NCBI GenBank assembly: GCA_043228905.1
Contig: JBHGNT010000026.1
Coordinates: 372,001-436,000, forward strand
Direction: 5' to 3'
Origin: Azolla caroliniana
Taxonomy: Eukaryota > Plantae > Polypodiophyta
Length of the DNA: 64,000 nt
Under the pieces are notes generated by a model that worked only from the letters and a program-made list of their open reading frames with translations, made no database searches and had not been told where the DNA came from. Of this stretch, positions 12,451 through 26,696 are shown in pieces (position 1 is the stretch's first letter; the number at the start of each line of letters is the position of its first letter). A program made the position numbers and the translations under genes.

Positions 12451-15194
12451 TGACGAAATTACCAAATTTGAGGAGTGAGTTGAGAGGAGCCCTTGAGTAA
12501 ATTATAATGTTCATACCTGGTTCGTGTGATATCGGATTTTTGTGTTCAAACATGCGAATCGAAGCTAATAACGCTAGCTATGATATGGAATTAAAAAATC
12601 AAGATTTTGCAACTCAAGTCAAGAGACATGAAGAAATTACCAAATTTGAGGAGTGAGGTTGGAAGAGCGCGTGAGTGAATTAAAATGTTCATACCTAGCT
12701 CGTGTGATATCGGATTTTTTTGTTCAAACATTCGAATCGAAGCTAACAACGCTAGCTATGATATGGAATTAAAAAATCAAGATTTTGAAACTCAGGTCGA
12801 GAGACATGACGAAATTACCAAATTTGAGGAGCGAGTTAAGAAGAGCTATTAGGTACATTACAATGTTCATACCTGGCTCGTGTGATATCGGATTTTTGTG
12901 TTCAAACATGCGAATCGAAGCTAACAACGCTAGCTATGATATGGAATAAAAAAAACAAGATTTTCAAACTCAGGTCAAGAGACATGACGAAATTAGCAAA
13001 TTTGAGGAGTGAGTTGAGAGGAGCCCTTGAGTAAATTAAAATGGTCATACCTAGAGAGTGTGATATCGGATTTTTGTGTACAAACATGCGAATCGAAGCT
13101 AACAACGCTAGCTATGATATGGAATTAAAAAATCAAGACTTTGAAACTCAGGTCAAGAGACATGACGAAATTACTAAATTTGAGGAGGGAGTTGAGAGGG
13201 GCCCTTGAGTAAATTAAAATGGTCATACCTAGCTCGTGTGATATCGGATTTTTGTGTTCAAACATGCGAATCGAAGCTAACAACGCTAGCTACGACATGG
13301 AATAAAAAAAAACAAGATTTTGAAACTCAGGTCAAGAGACATGACGAAATTAGCAAATTTGAGGAGTGAGTTGAGAGGAGCCCTTGACTAAATTAAAATG
13401 TTCATACATAGCGAGTGTGATATCGGATTTTTGTGTACAAACATGCGAATCGAAGCTAAAAACGCTAGCTATGATATGGAATTAAAAAATCAAGATTTTG
13501 AAACTCAGGTCGAGAGACATGACGAAATTACCAAATTTGAGGAGGGAGTTGAGAGGGGCCCTTGAGTAAATTAATATGTTCATACCTAGCTCGTGTGATA
13601 TCGGATTTTTGTGTTCAAACATGCGAATCGAAGCTAACAACGCTAGCTATGATATGGAATTAAAAAATCAAGATTTTGAAACTCAGGTCGAGAGACATGA
13701 AGAAATTACCAAATTTGAGGAGGGAGTTAAGAAGAGCTATTAGGTAAATTACAATGTTCATACCTGGCTCGTGTGATATCGGATTTTTGTGTTCAAACAT
13801 TGGAATCGAAGCTAACAACGCTAGGTATGATATAGAATTAAAAAATCAAGATTTTGAAACTCAGGTCGAGAGACATGACGAAATTACCAAATTTGAGGAG
13901 TGAGTTAAGAAGAGCTATTAGGTAAATTATAATGTTCATACCTGGCTCGTGTGATATCGGATTTCTGTGTTCAAACATGCGAATCGAAGCTAATAACGCT
14001 AGCTATGATATGGAATTAAAAAATCAATATTTTGAAACTCAGGTCGAGAGACATGACGAAATTAGCAAATTTGAGGAGTGAGTTGAGATGAGCCCTTGAG
14101 TAAATTAAAATGTTCATACATAGCGAGTGTGATATCGGATTTTTGTGTACAAACATGCGAATCGAAGCTAACAACGCTAGCTATGATATGGAATTAAAAA
14201 ATCAAGATTTTGAAACTCAGGTCGAGAGACATGACGAAATTACCAAATTTGAGGAGTGAGTTGACAGGAGCCCTTGAGTAAATTATAATGTTCATACCTG
14301 GTTCGTGTGATATCGGATTTTTGTGTTCAAACATGTGAATCGAAGCTAATAACGCTAGCTATGATATGGAATTAAAAAATCAAGATTTTGCAACTCAAGT
14401 CAAGAGACATGAAGAAATTACCAAATTTGAGGAGTGAGGTTGGAAGAGCGCGTGAGTGAATTAAAATGTTCATACCTGGCTCGTGTGATATCGGATTTTT
14501 GTGTTCAAACATGCGAATCGAAGCTAACAACGCTAGCTATGATATGGAATAAAAAAAACAAGATTTTCAAACTCAGGTCAAGAGACATGACGAAATTAGC
14601 AAATTTGAGGAGTGAGTTGAGAGGAGCCCTTGAGTAAATTAAAATGTTCATACATAGCGAGTGTGATATCGGATTTTTGTGTACAAACATGCGAATCGAA
14701 GCTAACAACGCTAGCTATGATATGGAATTAAAAAATCAAGATTTTGAAACTCAGGTCGAGAGACATGACGAAATTACCAAATTTGAGGAGGGGGTTGAGA
14801 GGGGCCCTTGAGTAAATTAAAATGTTCATACCTAGCTCGTGTGATATCGGATTTTTGTGTTCAAACATGCGAATCGAAGCTAACAACGCTAGGTATGATA
14901 TGGAATAAAAAAAACAAGATTTTGAAACTCAGGTCGAGAGACATGACGAAATTACCAAATTTGAGGAGTGAGTTGAGAGGAGCCCTTGAGTAAATTAAAA
15001 TGGTCATACCTAGCGAGTGTGATATCGGATTTTTGTGTACAAACATGCGAATCGAAGCTAACAACGCTAGCTATGATATGGAATTAAAAAATCAAGATTT
15101 TGAAACTCAGGTCGAGAGACATGACGAAATTACCAAATTTGAGGAGGGGGTTGAGAGGGGCCCTTGAGTAAATTAAAATGTTCATACCTAGCTC

Positions 15195-18100
15195 GTGTGA
15201 TATCGGATTTTTGTGTTCAAACATGCGAATCGAAGCTAACAACGCTAGCTATGATATGGAGTAAAAAAAACAAGATTTTGAAACTCAGGTCGAGAGACAT
15301 GACGAAATTACCAAATTTGAGGAGTGAGTTGAGAGGAGCCCTTGAGTAAATTAAAATGGTCATACCTAGCGATTGTGATATCGGATTTTTGTGTACAAAC
15401 ATGCGAATCGAAGCTAACAACGCTAGCTATGATATGGAATTAAAAAATCAAGATTTTGAAACTTACGTCGAGAGATATGACGAAATTAGCAAATTTGAGG
15501 AGTGAGTTGAGAGGAGCCCTTGAGTAAATTAAAATGGTCATACCTAGCGAGTGTGATATCGGATTTTTGTGTTCAAACATGCGAATCTAAGCTAACAACG
15601 CTAGCTATGATATGGAATTAAAAAATCAAGATTTTGAAACTCAGGTCGAGAGACATGACGAAATTACCAAATTTGAGGAGCGAGTTAAGAAGAGCTATTA
15701 GGTACATTACAATGTTCATACCTGGCTCGTGTGATATCGGTTTTTTGTGTTCAAACATGCGAATCGAAGCTAACAATGCTAGCTATGATATGGAATTAAA
15801 AAATCAAGATTTTGAAACTCAGGTCGAGAGACATGACGAAATTTCCAAATTTCAGGAGGGAGTTGAGAAGAGCTAGTAGGTAAATTATAATGTTCATACC
15901 TGGTTCGTGTGATATCGGATTTTTTTGTTCAAACATTCGAATCGAAGCTAACAACGCTAGCTATGATATGGAATTACAAAATCAAGATTTTGAAACTCCA
16001 GTCGAGAGACATGATGAAATTACCAAATTTGAGGAGTGACGTTGGAAGAGCGCGTGAGTGAATTAAAATGTTCATACCTCGCTCGTGTGATATCGGATTT
16101 TTGTGTTCAAACATGCAAATCGAAGCTAACAACGCTAGCTATGATATGGAATAAAAAAAACAAGATTTTGAAACTCAGGTCAAGAGACATGACGAAATTA
16201 GCAAATTTGAGGAGTGAGTTGAGAGGAGCCCTTGAGTAAAGTAAAATGTTCATACCTAGCGAGTGTGATATCGGCTTTTTGTGTACAAACATGCGAATCG
16301 AAGCTAACAACGCTAGCTATGATATGGAATTAAAAAATCAAGACTTTGAAACTCAGGTCGAGAGACATGACGAAATTACCAAATTTGAGGAGTGAGTTGA
16401 GAGGAGCCCTTGAGTAAATTATAATGTTCATACCTGGTTCGTGTGATATCGGATTTTTGTGTTCAAACATGCGAATCGAAGCTAACAACGCTAGGTATGA
16501 TATGGAATAAAAAAAACAAGATTTTGAAACTCAGGTCGAGAGACATGACGAAATTACTAAATTTGACGAGGGAGTTGAGAGGAGCCCTTACCTGGCTCGT
16601 GTGATATCGGATTTTTGTGTACAAACATGCGAATCGAAGCTAACAACGCTAGCTACGACATGGAATAAAAAAAAAGAAGATTTTGAAACTCAGGTCAAGA
16701 GACATGACGAAATTAGCAAATTTGAGGAGTGAGTTGAGAGGAGCCCTTGACTAAATTAAAATGTTCATACCTAGCTCGTGTGATATCGGATTTTTGTGTA
16801 CAAACATGCGAATCGAAGCTAAAAACGCTAGCTATGATATGGAATTAAAAAATCAAGATTTTGAAACTCAGGTCGAGAGACATGACGAAATTACCAAATT
16901 TGAGGAGGGAGTTGAGAGGGGCCCTTGAGTAAATTAATATGTTCATACCTAGCTCGTGTGATATCGGATTTTTGTGTTCAAACATGCGAATCGAAGCTAA
17001 CAATGCTAGCTATGATATGGAATTAAAAAATCAAGATTTTGAAACTCAGGTCGAGAGACATGAAGAAATTACCAAATTTGAGGAGGGAGTTAAGAAGAGC
17101 TATTAGGTAAATTACAATGTTCATACCTGGCTCGTGTGATATCGGATTTTTGTGTTCAAACATGCGAATCGAAGCTAACAACGCTAGCTATGATATAGAA
17201 TTAAAAAATCAAGATTTTGAAACTCAGGTCGAGAGACATGACGAAATTACCAAATTTGAGGAGTGAGTTAAGAAGAGCTATTAGGTAAATTATAATGTTC
17301 ATACCTGGCTCGTGTGATATCGGATTTCTATGTTCAAACATGCGAATCGAAGCTAATAACGCTAGCTATGATATGGAATTAAAAAATCAATATTTTGAAA
17401 CTCAGGTCGAGAGACATGACGAAATTAGCAAATTTGAGGAGTGAGTTGAGATGAGCCCTTGAGTAAATTAAAATGTTCATACATAGCGAGTGTGATATCG
17501 GATTTTTGTGTACAAACATGCGAATCGAAGCTAACAACGCTAGCTATGATATGGAATTAAAAAATCAAGATTTTGAAACTCAGGTCGAGAGACATGACGA
17601 AATTACCAAATTTGAGGAGTGAGTTGAGAGGAGCCCTTGAGTAAATTATAATGTTCATACCTGGTTCGTGTGATATCGGATTTTTGTGTTCAAACATGCG
17701 AATCGAAGCTAATAACGCTAGCTATGATATGGAATTAAAAAATCAAGATTTTGCAACTCAAGTCAAGAGACATGAAGAAATTACCAAATTTGAGGAGTGA
17801 GGTTGGAAGAGCGCGTGAGTGAATTAAAATGTTCATACCTAGCTCGTGTGATATCGGATTTTTGTGTTCAAACATGCGAATCGAAGCTAACAACGCTAGC
17901 TATGATATGGAATAAAAAAATCAAGATTTTCAAACTCAGGTCGAGAGACATGACGAAATTACCAAATTTGAGGAGTGAGTTGAGAGGAGCCCTTGAGTAA
18001 ATTAAAATGGTCATACCTAGCGAGTGTGATATCGGATTTTTGTGTACAAACATGCGAATCGAAGCTAACAATGCTAGCTATGATATGGAATTAAAAAATC

Positions 18101-21100
18101 AAGATTTTGAAACTCAGGTCGAGAGACATGACGAAATTACCAAATTTGAGGAGGGGGTTGAGAGGGGCCTTTGAGTAAATTAAAATGTTCATACCTAGCT
18201 CGTGTGATATCGGATTTTTGTGTTCAAACATGCGAATCGAAGCTAACAACGCTAGCTATGATATGGAGTAAAAAAAACAAGATTTTGAAACTCAGGTCGA
18301 GAGACATGACGAAATTACCAAATTTGAGGAGTGAGTTGAGAGGAGCCCTTGAGTAAATTAAAATGGTCATACCTAGCGAGTGTGATATCGGATTTTTGTG
18401 TACAAACATGCGAATCGAAGCTAACAACGCTAGCTACGACATGGAATAAAAAAAAAGAAGATTTTGAAACTCAGGTCAAGAGACATGACGAAATTAGCAA
18501 ATTTGAGGAGTGAGTTGAGAGGAGCCCTTGACTAAATTAAAATGTTCATACCTAGCTCGTGTGATATCGGATTTTTGTGTACAAACATGCGAATCGAAGC
18601 TAAAAACGCTAGCTATGATATGGAATTAAAAAATCAAGATTTTGAAACTCAGGTCGAGAGACATGACGAAATTACCAAATTTGAGGAGGGAGTTGAGAGG
18701 GGCCCTTGAGTAAATTAATATGTTCATACCTAGCTCGTGTGATATCGGATTTTTGTGTTCAAACATGCGAATCGAAGCTAACAATGCTAGCTATGATATG
18801 GAATTAAAAAATCAAGATTTTGAAACTCAGGTCGAGAGACATGAAGAAATTACCAAATTTGAGGAGGGAGTTAAGAAGAGCTATTAGGTAAATTACAATG
18901 TTCATACCTGGCTCGTGTGATATCGGATTTTTGTGTTCAAACATTGGAATCGAAGCTAACAACGCTAGCTATGATATAGAATTAAAAAATCAAGATTTTG
19001 AAACTCAGGTCGAGAGACATGACGAAATTACCAAATTTGAGGAGTGAGTTAAGAAGAGCTATTAGGTAAATTATAATGTTCATACCTGGCTCGTGTGATA
19101 TCGGATTTCTGTGTTCAAACATGCGAATCGAAGCTAATAACGCTAGCTATGATATGGAATTAAAAAATCAATATTTTGAAACTCAGGTCGAGAGACATGA
19201 CGAAATTAGCAAATTTGAGGAGTGAGTTGAGATGAGCCCTTGAGTAAATTAAAATGTTCATACATAGCGAGTGTGATATCGGATTTTTGTGTACAAACAT
19301 GCGAATCGAAGCTAACAACGCTTGCTATGATATGGAATTAAAACATCAAGATTTTAAAACTCAGGTCGAGAGACATGACGAAATTACCAAATTTGAGGAG
19401 TGAGTTGAGAGGAGCCCTTGAGTAAATTATAATGTTCATACCTGGTTCGTGTGATATCGGATTTTTGTGTTCAAACATGCGAATCGAAGCTAATAACGCT
19501 AGCTATGATATGGAATTAAAAAATCAAGATTTTGCAACTCAAGTCAAGAGACATGAAGAAATTACCAAATTTGAGGAGTGAGGTTGGAAGAGCGCGTGAG
19601 TGAATTAAAATGTTCATACCTGGCTCGTGTGATATCGGATTTTTGTGTTCAAACATGCGAATCGAAGCTAACAACGCTAGCTATGATATGGAATAAAAAA
19701 ATCAAGATTTTCAAACTCAGGTCGAGAGACATGACGAAATTACCAAATTTGAGGAGTGAGTTGAGAGGAGCCCTTGAGTAAATTAAAATGGTCATACCTA
19801 GCGAGTGTGATATCGGATTTTTGTGTACAAACATGCGAATCGAAGCTAACAATGCTAGCTATGATATGGAATTAAAAAATCAAGATTTTGAAACTCAGGT
19901 CGAGAGACATGACGAAATTACCAAATTTGAGGAGGGGGTTGAGAGGGGCCTTTGAGTAAATTAAAATGTTCATACCTAGCTCGTGTGATATCGGATTTTT
20001 GTGTTCAAACATGCGAATCGAAGCTAACAACGCTAGCTATGATATGGAGTAAAAAAAACAAGATTTTGAAACTCAGGTCGAGAGACATGACGAAATTACC
20101 AAATTTGAGGAGTGAGTTGAGAGGAGCCCTTGAGTAAATTAAAATGGTCATACCTAGCGAGTGTGATATCGGATTTTTGTGTACAAACATGCGAATCGAA
20201 GCTAACAACGCTAGCTACGACATGGAATAAAAAAAAAGAAGATTTTGAAACTCAGGTCAAGAGACATGACGAAATTAGCAAATTTGAGGAGTGAGTTGAG
20301 AGGAGCCCTTGACTAAATTAAAATGTTCATACCTAGCTCGTGTGATATCGGATTTTTGTGTACAAACATGCGAATCGAAGCTAACAACGCTAGCTATGAT
20401 ATGGAATTAAAAAATCAAGACTTTGAAACTCAGGTCAAGAGACATGACGAAATTACTAAATTTGAGGAGGGAGTTGAGAGGGGCCCTTGAGTAAATTAAA
20501 ATGGTCATACCTAGCTCGTGTGATATCGGATTTTTGTGTTCAAACATGCGAATCGAAGCTAACAACGCTAGCTACGACATGGAATAAAAAAAAACAAGAT
20601 TTTGAAACTCAGATCAAGAGACATGACGAAATTAGCAAATTTGAGGAGTGAGTTGAGAGGAGCCCTTGACTAAATTAAAATGTTCATACATAGCGAGTGT
20701 GATATCGGATTTTTGTGTACAAACATGCGAATCGAAGCTAACAACGCTAGCTACGACATGGAATAAAAAAAAAGAAGATTTTGAAACTCAGGTCAAGAGA
20801 CATGACGAAATTAGCAAATTTGAGGAGTGAGTTGAGAGGAGCCCTTGACTAAATTAAAATGTTCATACCTAGCTCGTGTGATATCGGATTTTTGTGTACA
20901 AACATGCGAATCGAAGCTAAAAACGCTAGCTATGATATGGAATTAAAAAATCAAGATTTTGAAACTCAGGTCGAGAGACATGACGAAATTACCAAATTTG
21001 AGGAGGGAGTTGAGAGGGGCCCTTGAGTAAATTAATATGTTCATACCTAGCTCGTGTGATATCGGATTTTTGTGTTCAAACATGCGAATCGAAGCTAACA

Positions 21101-21285
21101 ATGCTAGCTATGATATGGAATTAAAAAATCAAGATTTTGAAACTCAGGTCGAGAGACATGAAGAAATTACCAAATTTGAGGAGGGAGTTAAGAAGAGCTA
21201 TTAGGTAAATTACAATGTTCATACCTGGCTCGTGTGATATCGGATTTTTGTGTTCAAACATTGGAATCGAAGCTAACAACGCTAG
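15195..21285. repeat. About 6.1-kb block, copy 1 (copy 2 at +15,245)
   Basis: ORF offsets 15217/30462, 15634/30879, 16036/31281, 17797/33042, 19578/34823 and 20005/35250 all equal 15,245. The copies share private marks including the 20-bp deletion, GTAAAGTAAAA and CATACCTCGCTCG. Confidence 0.92.
16581..16600. other. 20-bp deletion monomer (158 bp), copy 1
   Basis: GGAGCCCTT is joined to ACCTGGCTCG, missing GAGTAAATTAAAATGTTCAT. The ORF offset 16036 to 17797 is 1761 = 1780-20+1. Confidence 0.95.
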
Positions 21286-21940
21286 CTATGATATAGAATT
21301 AAAAAATCAAGATTTTGAAACTCAGGTCGAGAGACATGACGAAATTACCAAATTTGAGGAGTGAGTTAAGAAGAGCTATTAGGTAAATTATAATGTTCAT
21401 ACCTGGCTCGTGTGATATCGGATTTCTGTGTTCAAACATGCGAATCGAAGCTAATAACGCTAGCTATGATATGGAATTAAAAAATCAATATTTTGAAACT
21501 CAGGTCGAGAGACATGACGAAATTAGCAAATTTGAGGAGTGAGTTGAGATGAGCCCTTGAGTAAATTAAAATGTTCATACATAGCGAGTGTGATATCGGA
21601 TTTTTGTGTACAAACATGCGAATCGAAGCTAACAACGCTAGCTATGATATGGAATTAAAAAATCAAGATTTTGAAACTCAGGTCGAGAGACATGACGAAA
21701 TTACCAAATTTGAGGAGTGAGTTGAGAGGAGCCCTTGAGTAAATTATAATGTTCATACCTGGTTCGTGTGATATCGGATTTTTGTGTTCAAACATGCGAA
21801 TCGAAGCTAATAACGCTAGCTATGATATGGAATTAAAAAATCAAGATTTTGCAACTCAGGTCGAGAGACATGACAAAATTACCAAATTTGAGGAGTGAGT
21901 TAAGAAGAGCTATTAGGTAAATTATAATGTTCATACCTGG

Positions 21941-22002
21941 CGTGAGTGAATTAAAATGTTCATAAGAAGAGCGCGTGAGTGAATTAAAATGTTCATACCT
22001 AG
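21941..22002. other. 62-bp templated insertion / complex junction, copy 1 (240-bp monomer)
   Basis: After TCATACCTGG the sequence reads CGTGAGTGAATTAAAATGTTCATA-AGAAGAGCGCGTGAGTGAATTAAAATGTTCATACCTAG before returning to register. The ORF offset 19649 to 22562 is 16x178+62+3. Confidence 0.95.
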
Positions 22003-25000
22003 CTCGTGTGATATCGGATTTCTATGTTCAAACATGCGAATCGAAGCTAATAACGCTAGCTATGATATGGAATTAAAAAATCAATATTTTGAAACTCAGG
22101 TCGAGAGACATGACGAAATTAGCAAATTTGAGGAGTGAGTTGAGATGAGCCCTTGAGTAAATTAAAATGTTCATACATAGCGAGTGTGATATCGGATTTT
22201 TGTGTACAAACATGCGAATCGAAGCTAACAACGCTAGCTATGATATGGAATTAAAAAATCAAGATTTTGAAACTCAGGTCGAGAGACATGACGAAATTAC
22301 CAAATTTGAGGAGTGAGTTGAGAGGAGCCCTTGAGTAAATTATAATGTTCATACCTGGTTCGTGTGATATCGGATTTTTGTGTTCAAACATGCGAATCGA
22401 AGCTAATAACGCTAGCTATGATATGGAATTAAAAAATCAAGATTTTGCAACTCAAGTCAAGAGACATGAAGAAATTACCAAATTTGAGGAGTGAGGTTGG
22501 AAGAGCGCGTGAGTGAATTAAAATGTTCATACCTAGCTCGTGTGATATCGGATTTTTGTGTTCAAACATGCGAATCGAAGCTAACAACGCTAGCTATGAT
22601 ATGGAATAAAAAAATCAAGATTTTCAAACTCAGGTCGAGAGACATGACGAAATTACCAAATTTGAGGAGTGAGTTGAGAGGAGCCCTTGAGTAAATTAAA
22701 ATGGTCATACCTAGCGAGTGTGATATCGGATTTTTGTGTACAAACATGCGAATCGAAGCTAACAATGCTAGCTATGATATGGAATTAAAAAATCAAGATT
22801 TTGAAACTCAGGTCGAGAGACATGACGAAATTACCAAATTTGAGGAGGGGGTTGAGAGGGGCCTTTGAGTAAATTAAAATGTTCATACCTAGCTCGTGTG
22901 ATATCGGATTTTTGTGTTCAAACATGCGAATCGAAGCTAACAACGCTAGCTATGATATGGAGTAAAAAAAACAAGATTTTGAAACTCAGGTCGAGAGACA
23001 TGACGAAATTACCAAATTTGAGGAGTGAGTTGAGAGGAGCCCTTGAGTAAATTAAAATGGTCATACCTAGCGAGTGTGATATCGGATTTTTGTGTACAAA
23101 CATGCGAATCGAAGCTAACAACGCTAGCTACGACATGGAATAAAAAAAAAGAAGATTTTGAAACTCAGGTCAAGAGACATGACGAAATTAGCAAATTTGA
23201 GGAGTGAGTTGAGAGGAGCCCTTGACTAAATTAAAATGTTCATACCTAGCTCGTGTGATATCGGATTTTTGTGTACAAACATGCGAATCGAAGCTAAAAA
23301 CGCTAGCTATGATATGGAATTAAAAAATCAAGATTTTGAAACTCAGGTCGAGAGACATGACGAAATTACCAAATTTGAGGAGGGAGTTGAGAGGGGCCCT
23401 TGAGTAAATTAATATGTTCATACCTAGCTCGTGTGATATCGGATTTTTGTGTTCAAACATGCGAATCGAAGCTAACAATGCTAGCTATGATATGGAATTA
23501 AAAAATCAAGATTTTGAAACTCAGGTCGAGAGACATGAAGAAATTACCAAATTTGAGGAGGGAGTTAAGAAGAGCTATTAGGTAAATTACAATGTTCATA
23601 CCTGGCTCGTGTGATATCGGATTTTTGTGTTCAAACATTGGAATCGAAGCTAACAACGCTAGCTATGATATAGAATTAAAAAATCAAGATTTTGAAACTC
23701 AGGTCGAGAGACATGACGAAATTACCAAATTTGAGGAGTGAGTTAAGAAGAGCTATTAGGTAAATTATAATGTTCATACCTGGCTCGTGTGATATCGGAT
23801 TTCTGTGTTCAAACATGCGAATCGAAGCTAATAACGCTAGCTATGATATGGAATTAAAAAATCAATATTTTGAAACTCAGGTCGAGAGACATGACGAAAT
23901 TAGCAAATTTGAGGAGTGAGTTGAGATGAGCCCTTGAGTAAATTAAAATGTTCATACATAGCGAGTGTGATATCGGATTTTTGTGTACAAACATGCGAAT
24001 CGAAGCTAACAACGCTTGCTATGATATGGAATTAAAACATCAAGATTTTAAAACTCAGGTCGAGAGACATGACGAAATTACCAAATTTGAGGAGTGAGTT
24101 GAGAGGAGCCCTTGAGTAAATTATAATGTTCATACCTGGTTCGTGTGATATCGGATTTTTGTGTTCAAACATGCGAATCGAAGCTAATAACGCTAGCTAT
24201 GATATGGAATTAAAAAATCAAGATTTTGCAACTCAAGTCAAGAGACATGAAGAAATTACCAAATTTGAGGAGTGAGGTTGGAAGAGCGCGTGAGTGAATT
24301 AAAATGTTCATACCTGGCTCGTGTGATATCGGATTTTTGTGTTCAAACATGCGAATCGAAGCTAACAACGCTAGCTATGATATGGAATAAAAAAATCAAG
24401 ATTTTCAAACTCAGGTCGAGAGACATGACGAAATTACCAAATTTGAGGAGTGAGTTGAGAGGAGCCCTTGAGTAAATTAAAATGGTCATACCTAGCGAGT
24501 GTGATATCGGATTTTTGTGTACAAACATGCGAATCGAAGCTAACAATGCTAGCTATGATATGGAATTAAAAAATCAAGATTTTGAAACTCAGGTCGAGAG
24601 ACATGACGAAATTACCAAATTTGAGGAGGGGGTTGAGAGGGGCCTTTGAGTAAATTAAAATGTTCATACCTAGCTCGTGTGATATCGGATTTTTGTGTTC
24701 AAACATGCGAATCGAAGCTAACAACGCTAGCTATGATATGGAGTAAAAAAAACAAGATTTTGAAACTCAGGTCGAGAGACATGACGAAATTACCAAATTT
24801 GAGGAGTGAGTTGAGAGGAGCCCTTGAGTAAATTAAAATGGTCATACCTAGCGAGTGTGATATCGGATTTTTGTGTACAAACATGCGAATCGAAGCTAAC
24901 AACGCTAGCTACGACATGGAATAAAAAAAAAGAAGATTTTGAAACTCAGGTCAAGAGACATGACGAAATTAGCAAATTTGAGGAGTGAGTTGAGAGGAGC

Positions 25001-26634
25001 CCTTGACTAAATTAAAATGTTCATACCTAGCTCGTGTGATATCGGATTTTTGTGTACAAACATGCGAATCGAAGCTAACAACGCTAGCTATGATATGGAA
25101 TTAAAAAATCAAGACTTTGAAACTCAGGTCAAGAGACATGACGAAATTACTAAATTTGAGGAGGGAGTTGAGAGGGGCCCTTGAGTAAATTAAAATGGTC
25201 ATACCTAGCTCGTGTGATATCGGATTTTTGTGTTCAAACATGCGAATCGAAGCTAACAACGCTAGCTACGACATGGAATAAAAAAAAACAAGATTTTGAA
25301 ACTCAGATCAAGAGACATGACGAAATTAGCAAATTTGAGGAGTGAGTTGAGAGGAGCCCTTGACTAAATTAAAATGTTCATACATAGCGAGTGTGATATC
25401 GGATTTTTGTGTACAAACATGCGAATCGAAGCTAACAACGCTAGCTACGACATGGAATAAAAAAAAAGAAGATTTTGAAACTCAGGTCAAGAGACATGAC
25501 GAAATTAGCAAATTTGAGGAGTGAGTTGAGAGGAGCCCTTGACTAAATTAAAATGTTCATACCTAGCTCGTGTGATATCGGATTTTTGTGTACAAACATG
25601 CGAATCGAAGCTAAAAACGCTAGCTATGATATGGAATTAAAAAATCAAGATTTTGAAACTCAGGTCGAGAGACATGACGAAATTACCAAATTTGAGGAGG
25701 GAGTTGAGAGGGGCCCTTGAGTAAATTAATATGTTCATACCTAGCTCGTGTGATATCGGATTTTTGTGTTCAAACATGCGAATCGAAGCTAACAATGCTA
25801 GCTATGATATGGAATTAAAAAATCAAGATTTTGAAACTCAGGTCGAGAGACATGAAGAAATTACCAAATTTGAGGAGGGAGTTAAGAAGAGCTATTAGGT
25901 AAATTACAATGTTCATACCTGGCTCGTGTGATATCGGATTTTTGTGTTCAAACATTGGAATCGAAGCTAACAACGCTAGCTATGATATAGAATTAAAAAA
26001 TCAAGATTTTGAAACTCAGGTCGAGAGACATGACGAAATTACCAAATTTGAGGAGTGAGTTAAGAAGAGCTATTAGGTAAATTATAATGTTCATACCTGG
26101 CTCGTGTGATATCGGATTTCTGTGTTCAAACATGCGAATCGAAGCTAATAACGCTAGCTATGATATGGAATTAAAAAATCAATATTTTGAAACTCAGGTC
26201 GAGAGACATGACGAAATTAGCAAATTTGAGGAGTGAGTTGAGATGAGCCCTTGAGTAAATTAAAATGTTCATACATAGCGAGTGTGATATCGGATTTTTG
26301 TGTACAAACATGCGAATCGAAGCTAACAACGCTAGCTATGATATGGAATTAAAAAATCAAGATTTTGAAACTCAGGTCGAGAGACATGACGAAATTACCA
26401 AATTTGAGGAGTGAGTTGAGAGGAGCCCTTGAGTAAATTATAATGTTCATACCTGGTTCGTGTGATATCGGATTTTTGTGTTCAAACATGCGAATCGAAG
26501 CTAATAACGCTAGCTATGATATGGAATTAAAAAATCAAGATTTTGCAACTCAGGTCGAGAGACATGACAAAATTACCAAATTTGAGGAGTGAGTTAAGAA
26601 GAGCTATTAGGTAAATTATAATGTTCATACCTGG

Positions 26635-26696
26635 CGTGAGTGAATTAAAATGTTCATAAGAAGAGCGCGTGAGTGAATTAAAATGTTCATACCTAG
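26635..26696. other. 62-bp templated insertion / complex junction, copy 2
   Basis: Same sequence as 21941-22002, 4694 bp downstream. Confidence 0.95.

Noticed and set aside
21941-22002. 62-bp insertion as a mobile element or its footprint
   Set aside because: It is made entirely of satellite-derived direct fragments, with no terminal inverted repeats, LTR ends or foreign sequence.
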